A stretch of 64,000 nucleotides of DNA from Nitrospinota bacterium (GTDB lineage Bacteria > UBA8248): NCBI GenBank assembly GCA_046581755.1, contig JAYGFR010000031.1, forward strand, positions 5,671 through 69,670. The letters run 5' to 3'. How positions within the stretch are numbered: the stretch's first letter is position 1; the number at the start of each line of letters is the position of its first letter. A model generated the notes under the pieces. That model was not told the DNA's origin, searched no databases, and saw only the letters and a program-made list of their open reading frames with translations. The translations under genes were made by a program, and so were the position numbers. Positions 59,838 to 64,000 of this stretch are shown here, piece by piece.

Positions 59838-60120
59838 AAAAATTCCACAAATGAAGGACAGATAATTTCACGTTCATCCATCCGTCGAAATACCGGGTTT
59901 GCCGCACGATCCACGCGAGAAACAGTGCGCCCGGAAGCGAGGTGTATCCGGCAGGGGATTTTCCATCTTCCGCCGCCGGGAGACAAGGAGTGGACGTCTC
60001 CCCCGGCGGGGTCCGCCGTGCCGCCGTCCCACCATGATTTGCATGGAACGGACGGGACAGGATAGCATCCTCCCCATTCCGAATACCGATAATGGATAAA
60101 TTTCCCGGGGAGGATATCTC

Positions 60121-60321
60121 GTGTCCATGTCAGAAGAAGAAATATCGCGCCGCTCCGAAGAAATTTTCGGAACACCCATCAGTGGAGAGCACCTTTCTGG
60201 ACTCGCCTCTCTGTTGGCTTCGCTCGAAGGGACCCATCTCGGGGCTGTCGAGGCGATAGCCCCGGAATCGGAGCCGATGGGCCACCGGGCCATATTAAGG
60301 GAGTCCCGCCATGGTGGATGA
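60121..60321 (+). CDS. Small acidic protein, possibly a GatC/AtzG-like amidase partner
   Basis: 66-aa ORF overlapping the amidase start by 11 nt. The spacing of E/L residues and a terminal …EP motif resemble GatC. Confidence 0.3.
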   Translation: MSMSEEEISRRSEEIFGTPISGEHLSGLASLLASLEGTHLGAVEAIAPESEPMGHRAILRESRHGG

Positions 60322-61729
60322 CATCGCCCGCCTTGCCGCCTCGGAAATCGCCGGGCGGGTCCTGGCCGGAGAGCTTTTGGCCGCCGATGTGGCGGAGGCG
60401 TTCCTCCTCCGAGCCGAGAAGATCGGCCCGGCCCTCAACACCTGGATCACCCTCGACCGGGAAGGCGCCCTGAATCAGGCCCGGATTATCGACGAGGCCA
60501 TGGCGGAAGGCAAAGACCCCGGACCGCTAGCCGGCGTTCCGGTGGGCCTGAAAGATATCATCGACGTGGCCGGACTCCGGACGACTGCCGGAAGCCTCAT
60601 CCTCAAAGACCAGGTGGCGGCCGGGGACGCACCGCTTACCCGAAAAATCCGGAAAGCGGGCGCGGTCATTCTGGGAAAACTCAACATGCACGAGTTCGCC
60701 TTCGGCCCCTCCGGCCACAACCCTCACTACGGAGACCAGAAGAATCCCTGGGACACGAAAAGGGTCACCGGCGGCTCCAGCGGGGGTTCGGGAAACGCGG
60801 CCGCCACGGGCCAAGCCTCCATCACCATCGGCTCGGACACCGGGGGCTCCATCCGGATTCCCACCTCTCTTTGCGGGGTCATCGGGCACAAGCCCACGTT
60901 CGGGTTGGTCACCAAGGCGGGCTGCGTATCGCTTTCATGGTCACTGGATTCATTCGGCCCCATGGCGACCTCCGCCCGGGACTGCGCCCTGATGATGTCC
61001 ACCATCGCCGGGCCCGACCCGGAAGATCCCAGCTCCCTTCAGGTGGAGGCGCCCGATTTCATCGGCGCCCTGGACAAACCGCTTGCCGGGCTCCGGATCG
61101 GACACGCCCGAAACTACTACGCCGATCAGTCCGACCCCGCCGTATGCGAAGCTATCGAGGAGGTGGACCGGGCGCTGTCCGATGCGGGCGCCCAGGTCGT
61201 CGAGGTGAACATTCCCGGCTTGAAGACGGCTTACGGCGCAGCCACGAATTTTATGATGCCCGAGGCCGCGGCCTATCACGAGAAAAACATTCGGGAGAGG
61301 CCGGACGATTACGACCCCAAGGTGCTTGAGCGCCTGAAAATCGGTTTTTTCATTCCCGCGACATCCTACATTCAGGCCCAGCGCTTCCGCTCGCAGTGGA
61401 CCGCGCAGGTGCTCAAGGAGGTTTTCGGGAAGGTGGACCTGGTCCTTGCGGCGGCAACGCCCATGCCCGCTCCGTTGCGCTCGGCCAAAACGGTCACGGT
61501 GGCCGGAAAAGAATACGACGCGCGGGGCCACCTGATCGCCTTGACCCGGCATATCAATTTCCTGGGCTTTCCCTCGACCGGGTTTCCGGCCGGTATCAGC
61601 GACGAGGGCCTTCCGTTGGGAGCCCAGCTCATCGGACCGCCGCTTCACGATCACCGCACCATCGCGGCAGTCCATCAACTGGGAAAAGCGGGAGCCGTCC
61701 GCTTTCAGTTCGCGCCGTTCGAGGGATAG
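60311..61729 (+). CDS. Amidase-signature family amidase
   Basis: GGSSGGS motif and a Ser-cisSer-Lys triad region. It is a paralog of the gene at 16890..18311. Confidence 0.85.
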   Translation: MVDDIARLAASEIAGRVLAGELLAADVAEAFLLRAEKIGPALNTWITLDREGALNQARIIDEAMAEGKDPGPLAGVPVGLKDIIDVAGLRTTAGSLILKDQVAAGDAPLTRKIRKAGAVILGKLNMHEFAFGPSGHNPHYGDQKNPWDTKRVTGGSSGGSGNAAATGQASITIGSDTGGSIRIPTSLCGVIGHKPTFGLVTKAGCVSLSWSLDSFGPMATSARDCALMMSTIAGPDPEDPSSLQVEAPDFIGALDKPLAGLRIGHARNYYADQSDPAVCEAIEEVDRALSDAGAQVVEVNIPGLKTAYGAATNFMMPEAAAYHEKNIRERPDDYDPKVLERLKIGFFIPATSYIQAQRFRSQWTAQVLKEVFGKVDLVLAAATPMPAPLRSAKTVTVAGKEYDARGHLIALTRHINFLGFPSTGFPAGISDEGLPLGAQLIGPPLHDHRTIAAVHQLGKAGAVRFQFAPFEG

Positions 61730-61781
61730 CGTGCCGACGGGAAACCCTTGCGAGGTGAACGGATGGTCTCTCGGAGTTCAT

Positions 61782-63038
61782 TTACTCCGGGCGCGCCCCG
61801 CCGGGGCCCATCGGAAATTTCTTGCAAAGCTCCCGAACATCATCGCGTACGGAGGCGATGAGTTCTTCGTTGCCGATGTCTCCCAAAACGTCAGCGATCC
61901 AGCCGCCGATGGTCTCCATGTCGGCTTCCTTCATCTTCCGGGTGGTCAGCGCGGGAGTTCCAATACGGATACCGCTCGTGAGCGTCGGTTTTCGCGTGTC
62001 GAACGGGATGGCATTTTTATTCACGGTGATTCCGGCACGGCCGAGCGCCGCCTCGGCCTTCCTTCCGCTGAACCCGGCCTCCCTCAAATCGAGAAGGAGC
62101 AGGTGGTTGTCGGTTCCTCCCGAGACCAGCTGGATTCCCTTCCCCTTCAACGCCGCCGCTAGCGCCTTGGCGTTTTTCACAATCTGCGCCGCATAGTCTT
62201 TGAAGGCGTCCGTCGATGCCTCCTTGAGCGCCACCGCCTTGGCCGCGATGACGTGCATCAACGGACCGCCTTGCATCCCCGGGAAAACGGCCTTGCTGAT
62301 CGCGGCGGCGTGGTCCTCGTCGGTGAGAATCATGCCTCCGCGCGGCCCGCGCAGCGTTTTGTGGGTGGTCGTGGTGACGATATGGGCATGCCCCGCGGGG
62401 GAGGGATGCTCTCCCGCCACGATGAGCCCGGCGATGTGGGCGATGTCGGCCATGACGACCGCGCCCACCTCGTCGGCGATCTGGCGGAAGGGCTTATAGT
62501 CGATGGTCCGCGGATAGGCGCTCGCGCCGACCACGATGATTTTCGGGCGGTGCTCCATGGCCTGGGATTCCACCTCGTCGAAGTCGATGACGTGATTTTC
62601 GGGGTCCACCCCGTAGGCTGCGACATTGAACCACCGCCCGGAAAATGTAACGGGATGGCCGTGGGTCAGGTGGCCGCCGTGGGAAAGATTCATCCCCAAG
62701 ATGGTATCTCCCGGCTCGAGGAGGCCGAAATAGACGGCGGCGTTCGCCTGCGCCCCACTGTGGGGCTGGACCGATGCGTGGTCCATCTTGAAAAGATCTT
62801 TGGCACGCTCGATGGCCAGAGACTCGGCGATATCCACGTACTGGCATCCGCCGTAGTAGCGCTTGCCCGGAAGGCCCTCAGCGTACTTGTTCGTCATGAT
62901 GCCCCCGACCGCCTCCAGGACCGCCTCGCTGACGTAGTTCTCCGAGGCGATGAGCTCCAGCCCGTCCTCTTGCCGGACGGTTTCTTTTTCCATCGCGTCG
63001 AATATTTCGGGATCCATTAATTCGAGAGCAGATGCCAT
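61782..63038 (-). CDS. glyA: Serine hydroxymethyltransferase
   Basis: The start was re-set to [19 protein letters not shown] (Met35). The PLP-lysine motif [14 protein letters not shown] is present. Confidence 0.9.
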   Translation of the reverse strand: MASALELMDPEIFDAMEKETVRQEDGLELIASENYVSEAVLEAVGGIMTNKYAEGLPGKRYYGGCQYVDIAESLAIERAKDLFKMDHASVQPHSGAQANAAVYFGLLEPGDTILGMNLSHGGHLTHGHPVTFSGRWFNVAAYGVDPENHVIDFDEVESQAMEHRPKIIVVGASAYPRTIDYKPFRQIADEVGAVVMADIAHIAGLIVAGEHPSPAGHAHIVTTTTHKTLRGPRGGMILTDEDHAAAISKAVFPGMQGGPLMHVIAAKAVALKEASTDAFKDYAAQIVKNAKALAAALKGKGIQLVSGGTDNHLLLLDLREAGFSGRKAEAALGRAGITVNKNAIPFDTRKPTLTSGIRIGTPALTTRKMKEADMETIGGWIADVLGDIGNEELIASVRDDVRELCKKFPMGPGGARPE

Positions 63039-63254
63039 GAAACAAACCTCCGGAAGAACATCAAGTCGAGGATTCAGGGACAACCAAGGCGCGGCAGGAC
63101 GGCTTCTGCCTAGAAAGGCGGACGCTAACAAAGAGGCCATCCGGCGTCAATTCTCCCGCCCGCCCCGGCCTCCGGGGTCTCTGCGAATCTCTGGCATGAG
63201 CGGCGGGCCGGGCCTATAATACTTTTTTCCAATGACTCGAGTGGAGATTCCCGT

Positions 63255-63725
63255 ATGGTGAAAAACCTCCTGCAATCCTCGCCGGGGGGGCCTCCCCGGA
63301 TGGCGCTTCCCGCTGAACCGGAGGAGATGGGTAAATCCGGGGAACTTTGCGAGGTCCTTCTTTCCCGGTCGGACGAAACCGGGGACGCCCTCGATGCCCT
63401 GATATCCCTCACCGCGCGCCATCCGGACGCACTCTCGGGCTGGACCGCTCTCGGCAAGGTTGCCCAGGCGCGGGGAAAAATTCTAGAGGCCTACGCGTAT
63501 TTTCGCGTGGCCTATCCCCACGGACTCGATCGTGCGCGCGCCGCCGGCGGGCGGGGGGACGGGCCCTTCCCCTGAGAATTTCCCGAAAACCGCCCGTTCC
63601 TTCTCGCCGTATCCGGGCTCATGCATTGCGCCGACGAAATCGGCGAGACGGGCGAGGCCGAGCGGTGCTGGAAGTTTCTGGCCATTCTCGACCCGGGGCA
63701 TGCGTTCGAGCGAAAGCCCGGCTGA
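63255..63725 (+). CDS. DUF3151-like hypothetical protein with an internal in-frame TGA (63573-63575)
   Basis: The track ORF ends at …GGRGDGPFP-TGA. The same frame continues for 49 codons (EFPENRPFLLAVSGLMHCADEIGETGEAERCWKFLAILDPGHAFERKPG) to TGA 63723-63725. This continuation contains the FL(R/L) block that I associate with DUF3151, after the TGA. Confidence 0.3.
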
Positions 63726-63900
63726 GCCGGTCCCCCCCCTTTCAATCGTTCTGTTGGCGAAGCGTCCCGATCATGTCAGAATCGGTTCTACAGGTGCGTT
63801 CAACCGCTTGAACGCCGCCGTCCCGGCGGGCATCGATCATTCGGATGCGGCGCCCGGGATATCCTCCAGGCCTCCCGAATGCACCTGTGAGGGACCGCCC

Positions 63901-64000
63901 ATGGGAAAGCTCGTCGTCGTATCCAACCGGTTGCCATCCATCTCCGAGAAGGAAACTTCTCGTTCGCGAAACCGAAATGTGGGCGGGCTGGTTTCGGCAC
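63901..64000 (+). CDS. otsA: Alpha,alpha-trehalose-phosphate synthase, N-terminal fragment; 3' end lies outside the window
   Basis: An ATG at 63901 starts MGKLVVVSNRLPSISEKE…GGLVSA, the canonical OtsA N-terminus. It is absent from the track because no stop codon falls within the window. Confidence 0.55.
   Translation, partial: MGKLVVVSNRLPSISEKETSRSRNRNVGGLVSA

Overview
This is a high-GC (about 67-68 %) bacterial chromosomal segment, densely packed with genes on both strands. There are no rRNA genes, CRISPR arrays, transposases or phage genes. Recognisable content includes: a CoA-transferase operon (scoA-scoB-FIST-membrane protein); bioF; a crcB fluoride channel; MgtC; a split futalosine-pathway menaquinone set (mqnA plus two MqnC/MqnE radical-SAM paralogs and an amidohydrolase); a mazEF-like toxin-antitoxin pair; two amidases; an SOS operon (rlmD/rumA-lexA-dinB); uvrA; ggt; typA/bipA; glyA; thrB; and many oxidoreductases and MBL-fold hydrolases. 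A lower-GC (about 50-55 %) island of roughly 5 kb holds HDOD, cupin, ABM and diheme cytochrome c genes. The main result is a set of selenocysteine genes the six-frame ORF track cannot show, because each has an in-frame TGA. There is a 90-aa AhpD-like protein with a C-x-x-U motif, hidden in an apparently intergenic gap. There are two paralogous OsmC-like proteins with TGA at the same residue and a conserved downstream hairpin. There is a PrdB/GrdB-family protein with U-x-x-C. A fifth candidate is a DUF3151-like ORF with an internal TGA. Three further genes (an EamA transporter, a nicotinamidase-like gene and lexA) are broken by single-base shifts at homopolymers. These are most likely assembly errors, but could be pseudogenes or phase variation. 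Other oddities are a C-rich, structured, ORF-free region behind a near-consensus promoter, a roughly 450-bp intergenic array of hairpin-forming repeats, and several short tandem repeats in promoter regions. Coordinates are 1-based on the + strand. Minus-strand start and stop positions were verified by hand where stated. All family assignments come from reading the translated sequence, not from database searches.
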